Below the pieces are notes generated by a model that made no database searches, was not told the DNA's origin, and saw only the letters and a program-made list of their open reading frames with translations. A program made the translations under genes and the position numbers. A stretch of 54,006 nt of DNA. Origin: a virus (lineage: Duplodnaviria > Caudoviricetes). Numbering within the stretch: position 1 is the first letter of the stretch; each line of letters begins with the position of its first letter. This document shows, piece by piece, positions 19,271 to 28,938 of the stretch. Where the stretch lies: positions 1-54,006 of IMG/VR virus record IMGVR_UViG_3300010381_000013. The stretch is one strand, 5' to 3'.

Positions 19271-19812
19271 ATGCCCGAAAACAATACCCATCGCCCGAAA
19301 ACGGACAGCCCCTCGTCACCCCGGCCGCGCCGGAAAGCGCCACAGGTATTTCGGAACGTCTGGACGCCCTTGCCGGCAAGTTCGAGGCGTTCCTCGAAGC
19401 GCAGGTTTCGCCCACCTTGGGGCCGGTCGCCGGCTCGGGAAGCGGCGAGGCCACCTCGCCTTCCCTGGTCTCCCGGCTCACGCCGCGCATGCTGGGGTGC
19501 CTGTTCCTGGCCGGCGTCCTGGTGGCCGGGCTGGCCATCCTGTCCCCGCAGCAGCTCCCCGTGGCCGCCTACAAGCTGTCCCTGATCGCCGTCGCCGGCT
19601 ACTTCAGCTACTGGCTGGACCGCTGGTGTTTCCCTTACGCCCGCCCGGACAGCTTTCTGACCAGCGCCGACTGGCGCGCGGAAAAGGGCCCCGCCCCCGA
19701 CCGGGCCAACCATCCCGTCGCCCCGGGCTGCGAGATCATCTACGCGGCGGCCATGCTGCGCCGGGCGTGCATCATCATGGGCGGCATGCTGGCCATGGGG
19801 CTGGGACTGTAA
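19271..19812 (+). CDS. Putative 2/3-TM holin; apparent 1-nt frameshift near 19287-19289 (intact frame runs 19288-19812)
   Basis: PQQLPVAAYKLSL...YWLDRWCFPYARP...AAAMLRRA motif; the ATG at 19271 is one base out of frame with the holin body. Confidence 0.7.
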
Positions 19813-20543
19813 TGACTGCGTTGCGGGGAGCTGGCGCGTTTTGCGTGGCCGCCTGTCTGGCCGTCTTTGCCGCCTGGCTGGTGGCCGGCTGCCAGCGGGC
19901 CGAACAGCCCGCGCCCGTGGCCGCGCATGCGGTTCCCCAGGCCTCCGAGGCCGTTCCCGCATCCACGGCCGTGGCCGCTCCCGGCGTGCCGCAGCGCGCC
20001 ATGCGCTACCGCTCCGAGCTGATCCGCAACGCCCGCGTCGCCTGGGGCCTTTCCGCTCCGGTCGCCACCTTCGCGGCCCAGGTGCACCAGGAATCGGGCT
20101 GGCGCGCGGACGCGAAATCCCCGGTCGGCGCGGCCGGCATGGCCCAGTTCATGCCGGCTACCGGCCGGTGGATCGCCGGCTTGTTCCCGGAGCTGGCCGC
20201 CAATGAGCCCTACAATCCGTCCTGGGCGCTGCGGGCGCTGGTCACCTACGACAAATGGCTCTGGGACAGGGTTTCCGGCCGCGACGCCTGCCAGCGCATG
20301 GCCATGGCCCTGTCCGCCTACAACGGGGGCCTGGGCTGGGTGCAGCGCGACAAATCCCTGACCGGGCAACAGGGCGGCGACGCCTTGGTCTGGTTCGGCC
20401 AGGTGGAGACGCGCAACGCCGGCCGGTCCGCCGCCGCCTTCCGCGAGAACCGCGGCTATCCGCGCCGCATTCTGGGCAGGCTCGAACCGCTCTACATCCG
20501 GTCCGGCTTCGGCCAGGGGGTGCGCTGTGTCTGCGCTCAATAA
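19812..20543 (+). CDS. SLT-domain lytic transglycosylase (endolysin) with N-terminal signal/lipobox
   Basis: AAQVHQESGW catalytic Glu, GMAQFMPAT, SAYNGGLG, ENRGYP; LVAGC lipobox. Confidence 0.9.
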   Translation: MTALRGAGAFCVAACLAVFAAWLVAGCQRAEQPAPVAAHAVPQASEAVPASTAVAAPGVPQRAMRYRSELIRNARVAWGLSAPVATFAAQVHQESGWRADAKSPVGAAGMAQFMPATGRWIAGLFPELAANEPYNPSWALRALVTYDKWLWDRVSGRDACQRMAMALSAYNGGLGWVQRDKSLTGQQGGDALVWFGQVETRNAGRSAAAFRENRGYPRRILGRLEPLYIRSGFGQGVRCVCAQ

Positions 20544-21132
20544 ACTCTGCATCGGTCTGCTCGGCCTCGGCATCGTCAGCGCCCTGGCCTTCGGCGCGGG
20601 CTATTCCCTCGGCTTCGAGCGGGCGGACAACGCGCGCCGGGCCGAAGTGGCCGCGCTCAATGCCCAGGCCGCGACCTGGAAGGCCGAGCAGGCCCAGGCC
20701 CTGGCCGAAGCCGAACGCAAGGCCCGGGAAGCCCTCGAGGACGCCCAAGGCAAAGTCAACGCGTTGGCCTCCCGGCTCGAGGCGGCGCGCCGCCAAAGCG
20801 CGGCCAGGGCCACGGACATCACCAGGAGGATCAAGCATGCAACGGCTGGTCTGGATTGCGTTTTCGGCCCTGATTTTGTGCGGCTGTACAATGAGGCCAT
20901 CGGCGCCGCTACCGATCGTTCCGGTGGTGGTGTCGTGTCCCAAACCGCAAATTCCGCCGCAGCTCCTGGAACGCCCGGAGCCGCCCCGGCCCCTGACTCC
21001 CGACTACGACCGGGCCGCGCCGTGACCCCGGCCGACATCCTGGCCAACATCCGTGATTTCGGCGCGCGCTCCCAGGCCATGGAAGCGCAACTCAACGCTC
21101 TCATCGACCTGACCGAACAGGGGCGGCAGTGA
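20527..21132 (+). CDS. Inner-membrane spanin (Rz-like)
   Basis: N-terminal TM segment, long Ala-rich coiled coil, follows the endolysin. Confidence 0.78.
   Translation: MSALNKLCIGLLGLGIVSALAFGAGYSLGFERADNARRAEVAALNAQAATWKAEQAQALAEAERKAREALEDAQGKVNALASRLEAARRQSAARATDITRRIKHATAGLDCVFGPDFVRLYNEAIGAATDRSGGGVVSQTANSAAAPGTPGAAPAPDSRLRPGRAVTPADILANIRDFGARSQAMEAQLNALIDLTEQGRQ
20837..21025 (+). CDS. Outer-membrane spanin lipoprotein (Rz1-like) embedded in the +1 frame of Rz
   Basis: AGGAGG RBS; MQRLVWIAFSALILCGC lipobox; Pro-rich mature part. Confidence 0.75.
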   Translation: MQRLVWIAFSALILCGCTMRPSAPLPIVPVVVSCPKPQIPPQLLERPEPPRPLTPDYDRAAP

Positions 21133-21278
21133 TGCGCCGCCTGCTGCAACATCTCCTTAACGACGGGCATCTCTACTGCCGTTTGTGCGACCTGGGATTG
21201 CCGGTCGCAACGGCCAAACGCTGGGCGAAGTCCATCTCAAAATGGATACGTCCCGCGCTCTACGGGAAAAGGAGCTGA
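21132..21278 (+). CDS. 48-aa hypothetical protein (below the ORF-track cutoff)
   Basis: MRRLLQHLLNDGHLYCRLCDLG...; ATG overlaps the Rz stop and the ORF fills the gap to the next gene. Confidence 0.55.
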   Translation: MRRLLQHLLNDGHLYCRLCDLGLPVATAKRWAKSISKWIRPALYGKRS

Positions 21279-21282
21279 CGCC

Positions 21283-21504
21283 ATGCCGAATATTGCCGAC
21301 CAGGCCCAGGAAGCCGAACAAGCTCACCGACTCGACGCCCTGTCGCGCCGCGACGTGGCCGACGACGCCGGGCAGGTCCGTGAAAACGGCGTGGTCGTCT
21401 GTTGTGACTGCGGCGAGCCGATCCCCGGCGCGCGGCTGCGCTTCCTGCCGACGGCGGCTCGGTGCGTGGAGTGCCAGGAAAAGGCGGAGGGCAAGGCATG
21501 GTGA
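21283..21504 (+). CDS. TraR/DksA C4 zinc-finger protein
   Basis: ADQAQE N-terminus; CCDCGEPIPGARLRFLPTAARCVECQ. Confidence 0.88.
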   Translation: MPNIADQAQEAEQAHRLDALSRRDVADDAGQVRENGVVVCCDCGEPIPGARLRFLPTAARCVECQEKAEGKAW

Positions 21505-21851
21505 CCATGCGTGAACAGTTCGCGGCCGACATCCTGGCCGCGCTTCCCGACATGCCCGGTTTCCAGCCGGCCGAATACCGCCCCAAGACCGGCGACCCGG
21601 TGGCCACCTACGCCATGGTGACCGACGCGGCGCTGGAAAACGACGGCCGCGTGCACGGCGAGTATGCCACCATCCGCGTGCCCATGGTCCAGGTCCCGGC
21701 CCCGTCGGCGGATGACTGCATCGTCATCGACGGCGAGGTCTGGGAATTTCGCGTCAACCAGGGCGCGAAACTGCGCCGGGAACGGCGATTTCCGTTCTGG
21801 ATTCTCCAGTGCCGCTTGAAGGGTTCCGTCGGCGTCGGGGGGCGGTCGTGA
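21498..21851 (+). CDS. Head-tail joining protein (FII-like)
   Basis: Size, position and DDCIVIDGEVWEF beta pattern. Confidence 0.55.
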   Translation: MVTMREQFAADILAALPDMPGFQPAEYRPKTGDPVATYAMVTDAALENDGRVHGEYATIRVPMVQVPAPSADDCIVIDGEVWEFRVNQGAKLRRERRFPFWILQCRLKGSVGVGGRS

Positions 21852-22546
21852 GCAAGGCCTTCCTGCTCCAGGAGTCCAAGGGCTTCAAGGGCGGTCTGGG
21901 CTTCGCCTTCGCCTTGTCCGAGTCCCCCTACCTCGCGGACATCCTGTCCAGTTCCGATCCGGCGGTGCGGCGCGTGGCGCTCAAGGCGCTCAAGTCCACG
22001 GGCTGGATGGTCCAGCAGAATTGGCGCTTGTGGTTCAACGCGCCGGGCTGGGTCTCCAACTCGCCCTTAACCAAAGCCCTCGGCGGCAAGAGGGCCGGGC
22101 TCAAGTTCCTGCGCCAGTTCGTGCGCTACAAGGCTTTTGCCGACCAGATGGCCGTTGCCATCGGTTTCGGCAAGGGCCGCAGCCGGACCAAGAAGCTTTC
22201 CGACGGCTACACCGGCTTCGGCATCACCGGTTTGGTGGCCGATAGCCTGCTCGGGGCCGATCCTGTCGTCTCTTACATCGCGTCCAAGGCCGAATACGGT
22301 TGGCACGGCCAGGTGACGGACAAGATGCGTCGTTTCGTGGCGTCCAAGACGCGCGCCCGATCCAAGGCCGCCAAGCCCAAGGTCGGCCGCAACTACTATG
22401 CCTTGTCCAAAAGCAAGGCCTTCATCGACGTGCCGAAGCGCCCGGTGGCCGCGCCCTATTTCGCGCGCATCACGCCGAAGATTCCGGCCTATTTCCTCAT
22501 CAAGTTCAACAAAAACTGGCGTGAGCTCATGGGAGAAACGTCATGA
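21848..22546 (+). CDS. Basic tail-completion/neck protein
   Basis: Lys/Arg-rich, C-terminal VPKRPVAAP motif; neck position. Confidence 0.55.
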   Translation: MSKAFLLQESKGFKGGLGFAFALSESPYLADILSSSDPAVRRVALKALKSTGWMVQQNWRLWFNAPGWVSNSPLTKALGGKRAGLKFLRQFVRYKAFADQMAVAIGFGKGRSRTKKLSDGYTGFGITGLVADSLLGADPVVSYIASKAEYGWHGQVTDKMRRFVASKTRARSKAAKPKVGRNYYALSKSKAFIDVPKRPVAAPYFARITPKIPAYFLIKFNKNWRELMGETS

Positions 22547-22959
22547 CCACATCGCAACTCATGGCGGAACTGCGGTCGCGGCTTTCCCGAATTGCGACCA
22601 TCGACACCTTTTGCCGGGACAATTTTGGCAAGGGGCTCACCGTGTTGCGTCGGTACGACGACAACAATCCCCCCAAGCCGTCGGAGTGCCCGTGGGTATT
22701 CCTGGAGCTCTTGGGCGACCAGAAAAGCAATAAAACGCAGGTCGTTGTCCGCACGGTCTTTATGGTGTGCTCGGTGTGGCGCGATCCAGACGGCGACGTG
22801 GATGACGGCGAGGACCGTGCTTCCGATCTACGGGAATTAGCGGAAAAGGCGCTCATGGCCCCGGGCCTGGGCAAGGTGGAAACCGGCGACGACGTTTTCG
22901 GCAATGCCGAGGACGGCTGTTTCGATAGCGCGACCACCATCACCATCACCAACAAATAA
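22543..22959 (+). CDS. Putative tail terminator
   Basis: 138-aa ORF immediately before the tail tube gene. Confidence 0.5.
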   Translation: MTTSQLMAELRSRLSRIATIDTFCRDNFGKGLTVLRRYDDNNPPKPSECPWVFLELLGDQKSNKTQVVVRTVFMVCSVWRDPDGDVDDGEDRASDLRELAEKALMAPGLGKVETGDDVFGNAEDGCFDSATTITITNK

Positions 22960-22970
22960 CGGAGGCAGAC

Positions 22971-23702
22971 ATGGCAGGTATCCTCGGGGCGGGCGACCTC
23001 TATTTCGATCGCCAGGACGACAACGGCAACAGCACGGGGCTGCTGCATATCGGCAACACCACGTCGTTTATGATCACCGAGTCCTCGACGCTCAAGGAGC
23101 GGACGAGCAAGATGAAGAAAACCTACGGCCAGACCCTGGATTCCGTGGCCATCCACGGCGCGCCCAAGGTTTCGTTCACCCTCAACGACCTGATCCGCTC
23201 GAACCTGGCCCTCATCCACATGGGCGACGACGCCGACGCGACGCAGGCGCTCGCGGCCGAGGCGACCAAGATCTTTGCCCCGGAAGCGGTCAAGGCCGGT
23301 GTCTTTTACGAACTGGGCGCGGCCGGCGTTTCCCTCACCAGCGTCAAGGACGCCTCGAACGCCGATTTCACCACCTATGAAATGGACGAGGACGGCGGCC
23401 TGTTCAAGTTCACCGAGGCCCCGGCCGAGGCCGTCACCGTCACCTATTCCGTCCCGGCGATGTCCGGCTACACCATCACCGGCTCCACCCGCTCCACCAT
23501 CAAGGGCCGGCTGCTTTTCATCGGCAAGAACCTCGCGGACCAGACCAACATGCGCGTGGATTGCAAGGAATCGCAGCTCACGCCCAAGAACGGCCTGGAT
23601 TACCTGTCCGACGACTTCGCCGATGCCCAGTACGAAGGCACGCTCAACACGCCGTCCGGCGAAACCTCCCCGTACAGCGTTCGTATGCTGTCCGCCGCCT
23701 AA
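22971..23702 (+). CDS. Major tail tube protein
   Basis: LGAGDLYF, IGNTTSF, GRLLFIGKN, LSDDFA motifs; GGAGG RBS. Confidence 0.8.
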   Translation: MAGILGAGDLYFDRQDDNGNSTGLLHIGNTTSFMITESSTLKERTSKMKKTYGQTLDSVAIHGAPKVSFTLNDLIRSNLALIHMGDDADATQALAAEATKIFAPEAVKAGVFYELGAAGVSLTSVKDASNADFTTYEMDEDGGLFKFTEAPAEAVTVTYSVPAMSGYTITGSTRSTIKGRLLFIGKNLADQTNMRVDCKESQLTPKNGLDYLSDDFADAQYEGTLNTPSGETSPYSVRMLSAA

Positions 23703-23714
23703 CCGGAGCACCCC

Positions 23715-24080
23715 ATGCGCAAATCCGATTCCCTTGTGATTGATGACGGCCCCAAGAAAAAAACGGTGACCGTCCTGGAAATGACCGTGGCCGACATGCT
23801 CGCCGCCCCGTCCGTCCTGGGGCTGGTGTGCACCGGCAATATCGAAGTGCTGGTGCTGTCCCTGGCCATGGGGCAGGCCGGCGAGGAAGGCCGGAACCTC
23901 CTGCCGAAAATCAGCGACCTGGGCGAATCCATTGCGGAGGTCGGCGGCTCGTCCCTGCTGATCATCCTGCGCAAGTGGTCCGAGGTGAACACGGATTTTT
24001 TCGGCAGTCTCCGGACGCTGTGGGAAAGCGTCAACGCCGCGCCTCCGGCCGGGGAAAGCCCCAAGGAGCAGGCCGCCTAG
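23715..24080 (+). CDS. Tail assembly chaperone (gpG-like)
   Basis: VTVLEMTVAD start, EVNTDFF motif; lies between tube and tape measure genes. Confidence 0.72.
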   Translation: MRKSDSLVIDDGPKKKTVTVLEMTVADMLAAPSVLGLVCTGNIEVLVLSLAMGQAGEEGRNLLPKISDLGESIAEVGGSSLLIILRKWSEVNTDFFGSLRTLWESVNAAPPAGESPKEQAA

Positions 24081-24325
24081 GTTCGCTCGATATCCTGGCC
24101 CGGGCCGTGGACCGCCTTGTGCGGCGCGGACACGGCCCGGCGGTGTACGGCTACGGATTGTCCTGGTTTATGCGCTGTCTGCGGGCAGCGGACGCGGCTG
24201 ATTTCGAGGCGCGAAAGGACAAGCTCCTGGAGCGGGCCGGCCGCGCGGTGGATATGCGGCTGGCCATGGGCAAGGCGGAAACCTTCAAGGATCACGTGAA
24301 CGATTTACTGCGGGAGGTGGACTAG
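23996..24325 (+). CDS. gpT-like extension reached by a -1 programmed frameshift at T TTT TTC (23996-24002)
   Basis: In-phase X XXY YYZ heptamer; the -1 frame is open to 24325 and abuts the tape measure ATG; LVRRGH...YGLSWF. Confidence 0.65.
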   Translation, partial: FFRQSPDAVGKRQRRASGRGKPQGAGRLGSLDILARAVDRLVRRGHGPAVYGYGLSWFMRCLRAADAADFEARKDKLLERAGRAVDMRLAMGKAETFKDHVNDLLREVD

Positions 24326-27300
24326 ATGGCGGGCGGTTCCCTGGACATCCTGATTCAGGCCAAGGACGAGGCGTCAGCGGTCCTGGGTTCCATCCAGTCG
24401 CGGATTTCCGGCCTGGGGAGCCAGGGAGCTTCCTCCTTTTCCAAAATTGATTCCGCCGCGTCCGCCGTCACCACGCGCCTCAACGGGCTCTACGCCGCCG
24501 CCATCGCCGTTTCTACGGCCTTGACAGCCGGCAAGTTCGTCCAGGTCCCGGCGCAGTTCGAGAGCCTTTCCAAACAACTCGAGACGGTCACCAAGTCGTC
24601 CAAAACCGCCCAGGAAGGCATGGCCTGGGTGCAGGACTTTGCCCAGCGCACGCCCTACGAACTGTCCCAGGTCACGGACGCCTTCGTCAAACTGACCTCC
24701 TACGGTTTCGACCCCAAGAAGCTCCTGGAGCCCATCGGCAACGCCGCTTCCGGCATGCAAAAGGAGCTGGACCAGGCTGTGGAGGCCTTTGCCGACGCTA
24801 CGCGCGGCGAGTACGAGCGCCTGAAAGAGTTTGGCATCAACGCGTCCACGGTCGGCAACCAGGTCACGTTTTCCTGGATGGAAAACGGCCAGCAGATGGA
24901 GAAGACCGTCACCAAGAGCGCCGAGAAGATCAGCGAGGCGCTGACCGGCATTTGGACCGACATGTTTGCCGGCGGCATGGAAAGCCAGATGACGACCTTC
25001 TCCGGCCGTCTTTCCAACCTCATGGACACTGTTACGCGCTCCATCCAGCAGTTCATGGGGGCCGGGCTGTTTGATTCGATCAAGGCCAAGCTGGCCGAGC
25101 TCACGGATGCGCTTACCGAATTGGAGCGTTCAGGGAAACTTGAAGAATGGGGCCGCATCGCCGCCGAGCAGGTCAATAAACTTTGGGAAGTGCTGAAATC
25201 CGCTGTGAAAGGCGTTGTTGATTTCGTCGATCATTGGGGAAAGTTGCTTCTTGCCATCGCTGGTTATGCTGCCATCAGAAAGGCAACAGTGGAGATAACC
25301 GCTCTGGTTAATGCACTTTTGAAAATGCGGCTTGGCTGGGTTGGACTTGTTCTTGTCGCAAAAGATGTAATTGATCCCCTCACAGACATCATCGCCAAGG
25401 TTAACGCTCTTTATAATCCATTGTCTGGTGCCAATAAACTCCTAAAAGATGCGGCATATTACCAAAAGAGGGCGACAGAGCAGAACAAGATTGCCGTGGA
25501 CATGCTCAACGAACTGATTGCCTCGCAAGGGCAGTCCGTTTCGAGCATGGAGGAGTTCCGCAAGAAGGTGCAGGCCGGCACCATCGTTTTGAAGGATAAC
25601 GCCGGGCAGGTCGGTTTGACCGCCGATCAGTACAAAGCCCTGTCCAAGGAGATCAAGGACGCCGGCACGGCCGGTTACGCCTACCTGTCCCAGGTGGCCG
25701 ACCGCTACGACATGGCCGGCAAGGAAGCCAAGGCCCTGGCCACCACCGAAGGCGCGGCGGCCTCCGCCGGGCTGGCCGCGCAAAAGGACAAATACGAAGC
25801 CGTGCTTGCCGTGGCGCAGTCCGTGTCCGCCGCGCAAATCAAGCTGGTGGACCAGTCCGCCGCCAACGAAACGCAAAAGGCGGCGCTCCGCAAACAGGTC
25901 GAACAAGACCTCATGAAGGCCAAGAAGGACGCCCTCAACGATTGGCTGTCGGCGCTCAAATCCGGCCTGGACGAAGCCCTGGCCCAGGAAAAGCGCTACG
26001 CCGAGGAGTCCCGCGAGGCCGGCAAGACCACGGAGGAAAAGCTCCGGGACCTCAAGCGCCAGACCATGTCGCAGTCCGAAGCCTACTACGACGAGCTCAA
26101 GGCGGCGGCGGAAAAGCTGGCCCAGGCCGAGCAGGAAGCGGCCAAGGGCACGGCCGAGGGCTACGACAACGCCATGAAGCTGGCCAAGGAGGCCCAAAAC
26201 GCCTACGCGGCCTCGGCCAGCAGCGGCAAGGACGTGGTCGGGCAGGCCCAGGCCGTGCAAAACGCCATGCAAGGCGTGGCCGATTCCGGTCAGGTCTGGA
26301 AGGACGCGGCAGACAAGGGCAAGGAAGCCTGGGCCGAGGCGGCCAAGTCCATGAAGGACCAGATTGCCGAGGTCAAGGCCGAGCTGGCCGACATGCAGAA
26401 GTCGCCACTCTCGCTCAAGGTGGACGTGGACACCGAGGCCGTGGACAAGGCGCTGGATGCGCTCAACGGCAAAAAGACCGAGTCCGAGCACACCGTTGAA
26501 CCGGATACAACGGCGGCGCAAAAAGCCATCGCCGAGCTAGAAAAGGATACGTACAGCACCCATTACGTCTACGAAAAGAAGGTCGAAGCCTACGCCTCCG
26601 GCGGCCCGGCGCGCAGCGTCCCGGCCATGGTCATGCCCGGCGAGGTCGTCATCGACAAGGATGCGGCCAGGGAAAACGCGCCGCTGCTCCACGCCATCAA
26701 TTCCATGCGGCTGGCCCGCGAGGCCGTGGCCCATTTCGCGGGAGGCGGCGGCGTGTTCCGGCCGTTTCGGCGCGGGCTGGTGCCCGGCGTCGGCGACGAG
26801 GATTCCGAGCCGGTCATGCTGGATGAGGGCGCGTTCGTGGTGCGCAAGGCGGCCGTGGCCAAGTACGGCCGGGGCGTGCTGGACGCCATCCAGTCCGGCC
26901 GGCTGGCCGGCGCTCAGGCCTTTGCCTCGGGCGGCTTCGTCTGGCCCGAGTGGATGCGCAAGATCCAGGCGGCCACGGCGTCGGCTCCGTCCCCCTCCCC
27001 TGCTCACAAGCCGCCCACGCCGCTTTCCGTGGCCGTGACCGTGCCGGCGGCCTTTCGCGGCGCGACCACGCCCCTTGCCCCGAGACCCGGCATGTCCGCC
27101 CATGGCGCGGCGGCGGTCTCGCGCCTGGACGGCATCCGCCACGCGGCATCAATCCGTTTCGCCTCGGGCGGCTCCCTGGACGAGCAGCTTGCCGACATCG
27201 CCCTGGAGCGCAAGCGCACCCAGGAGGATTACGACGAGGCGGTGTCCGACGCCAAGGGCGACCATGACGACCAGCTCGCCGACCTGCTGACCCAGGAACA

Positions 27301-28558
27301 AGCGGACCTGGACGACATTGCCCAGACACTGGCCGACACCCTGGCCGATCTGAAAGCCGCCTGGGAGGAAGCCCAGGCGGCCTACCAGGAGGCCGTGACC
27401 GAAGCCCAGGCGGACAGCGACGAGGCCGTGGCCTCGGCGACCGATGATTACCAGGACGCCGTGGACGACGCCCGGGCCGAGTACGAGGAGCAGAAGCAGG
27501 AACTTCAGGACGCCGTGAACGAGGCCTATGCCGCCTGGCAGGAGAAGAAGAAGGAAGACAAGATCGAGCACGGCTACACCAAGACCACCATCGGCGCGAA
27601 CACCATGGGCGGCAAGCCCACGACATCGTATTGGGTGTCCGACAAGGACGCCCTGGCCGATTGGGAAGACGAGGTGGAGGAACTGAAGCAGACCTACCTG
27701 GACGCGCTGCGGGAGCAAAACGCCCTGGGTGGGTTTCAGATGCCGACCGATGCCGTGACCACGCTGACCGAGGCCAAGGCCGAGGCCAAGACCGCGCTCA
27801 ATGAGGCCTTAGGCGAAGCCCAGGCCGAGCTTGGCGATGCGCAAAACACCTTTACCGGCGGCACGGACGAGGCCAAGGCGACCGCCGCCGAGGACACGCA
27901 AACGACCAGGGGGCAAGCCGATTCCGACAAGGCCGACCTGGACGCCGATCTGGCCGACACCCTGGCCGACCTGAAAAAGGATTTCGACCGGGCCATGGAG
28001 GATCTGGATATCGAGGAGGCCCGGGCCCGGGCCGATGCCGACGAGGAAAAAGGCTACTCCGTTTCCGGGTTCTCGCAGTGGCTGTCCTCGGGCGGCCCGG
28101 TGGCCGTGCTGGACCGCATCCGCAAATACGCGGCCGGCGGTTGGGCGGCGCTGACGGACAAGCTGCCGCATTTCGCGGCCGGCGGCGAATTGCCCATGCT
28201 TCCCGGAGCAGTGGCCGGCCAGGACAGTGTGCTGTTCAAAGGCACTCCCGGCGAGGGCATTGTGAATCTCCAGGCCATGCGCACGATCCTGTCCAAGCGG
28301 GCGCTGGACGCCCTCAATAGTCTGGACCTCGAGGGGTTCCTCGGCGCGCTGCCGGGCTATGCTTCCGGCGGCGTTGTTTCCGGCGGTTCGATCGCTGCCG
28401 CTGCCGCCGCCGTCCCGGACGGCGCTTCCTCCGGCTCCGGCTACACGGCCACCCTCAACCTGTCCCTCGGCGGCCGGACCTTCGAGACCCGCGCCACCGA
28501 CGCCACGGCCATGGCGTTGGCCCGGCAGTTGCGGCGTTTGGGGGGGAGCATGAAATGA
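24326..28558 (+). CDS. Tail tape measure protein
   Basis: 1410 aa, Ala-rich and helical; FAQRTPYELSQV tape-measure domain; repeated (F/Y)AxGG motifs in the C-terminal half. Confidence 0.92.
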   Translation: MAGGSLDILIQAKDEASAVLGSIQSRISGLGSQGASSFSKIDSAASAVTTRLNGLYAAAIAVSTALTAGKFVQVPAQFESLSKQLETVTKSSKTAQEGMAWVQDFAQRTPYELSQVTDAFVKLTSYGFDPKKLLEPIGNAASGMQKELDQAVEAFADATRGEYERLKEFGINASTVGNQVTFSWMENGQQMEKTVTKSAEKISEALTGIWTDMFAGGMESQMTTFSGRLSNLMDTVTRSIQQFMGAGLFDSIKAKLAELTDALTELERSGKLEEWGRIAAEQVNKLWEVLKSAVKGVVDFVDHWGKLLLAIAGYAAIRKATVEITALVNALLKMRLGWVGLVLVAKDVIDPLTDIIAKVNALYNPLSGANKLLKDAAYYQKRATEQNKIAVDMLNELIASQGQSVSSMEEFRKKVQAGTIVLKDNAGQVGLTADQYKALSKEIKDAGTAGYAYLSQVADRYDMAGKEAKALATTEGAAASAGLAAQKDKYEAVLAVAQSVSAAQIKLVDQSAANETQKAALRKQVEQDLMKAKKDALNDWLSALKSGLDEALAQEKRYAEESREAGKTTEEKLRDLKRQTMSQSEAYYDELKAAAEKLAQAEQEAAKGTAEGYDNAMKLAKEAQNAYAASASSGKDVVGQAQAVQNAMQGVADSGQVWKDAADKGKEAWAEAAKSMKDQIAEVKAELADMQKSPLSLKVDVDTEAVDKALDALNGKKTESEHTVEPDTTAAQKAIAELEKDTYSTHYVYEKKVEAYASGGPARSVPAMVMPGEVVIDKDAARENAPLLHAINSMRLAREAVAHFAGGGGVFRPFRRGLVPGVGDEDSEPVMLDEGAFVVRKAAVAKYGRGVLDAIQSGRLAGAQAFASGGFVWPEWMRKIQAATASAPSPSPAHKPPTPLSVAVTVPAAFRGATTPLAPRPGMSAHGAAAVSRLDGIRHAASIRFASGGSLDEQLADIALERKRTQEDYDEAVSDAKGDHDDQLADLLTQEQADLDDIAQTLADTLADLKAAWEEAQAAYQEAVTEAQADSDEAVASATDDYQDAVDDARAEYEEQKQELQDAVNEAYAAWQEKKKEDKIEHGYTKTTIGANTMGGKPTTSYWVSDKDALADWEDEVEELKQTYLDALREQNALGGFQMPTDAVTTLTEAKAEAKTALNEALGEAQAELGDAQNTFTGGTDEAKATAAEDTQTTRGQADSDKADLDADLADTLADLKKDFDRAMEDLDIEEARARADADEEKGYSVSGFSQWLSSGGPVAVLDRIRKYAAGGWAALTDKLPHFAAGGELPMLPGAVAGQDSVLFKGTPGEGIVNLQAMRTILSKRALDALNSLDLEGFLGALPGYASGGVVSGGSIAAAAAAVPDGASSGSGYTATLNLSLGGRTFETRATDATAMALARQLRRLGGSMK

Positions 28559-28938
28559 GCATCACCCTGGACACGCTGCCCCTGCCGGACGACTGCCTGT
28601 GGCAAAACGAGTTCGACGCGTTGCCCGTGGCCGTGGCCACGGCGCGGACCCTGTCCGGCCGGCTGGTCGTGTCCGAGACGGCCCTTGCCGCCGGACGCCC
28701 CATCAACCTCGGCGGCGACGACGCCTGGATTGCCCGGTCCGATCTGCTCACGCTTCACGGCTGGGCGTCCACCCCCGGCTGGTCCGGCACGCTGACGCTC
28801 CATGACGGCCGCGCGTTTTCGGTCCGGTTCCGCACCCAGGAGGAAAAGACCCTCGAAACGGCACAGGTGCGTGACACGGCCGATCCGGACGGCGAGGACC
28901 TTTACCAGCTCGTGACGCTGCGCTTGGAGACCTGCTGA
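28555..28938 (+). CDS. Distal tail protein-like
   Basis: LPDDCLWQNEF, RTLSGRLVV, GRPINL; directly follows the tape measure gene. Confidence 0.65.
   Translation: MSITLDTLPLPDDCLWQNEFDALPVAVATARTLSGRLVVSETALAAGRPINLGGDDAWIARSDLLTLHGWASTPGWSGTLTLHDGRAFSVRFRTQEEKTLETAQVRDTADPDGEDLYQLVTLRLETC

Noticed and set aside
24022-24058. Two lambda-type GGGAAAG heptamers in the tail chaperone
   Set aside because: Both are out of phase (GG GAA AG) for tandem -1 slippage; T TTT TTC is in phase
25657-25672. Partial match of the spacer 7 5' half in the tape measure gene
   Set aside because: Short, GC-rich and PAM-distal only
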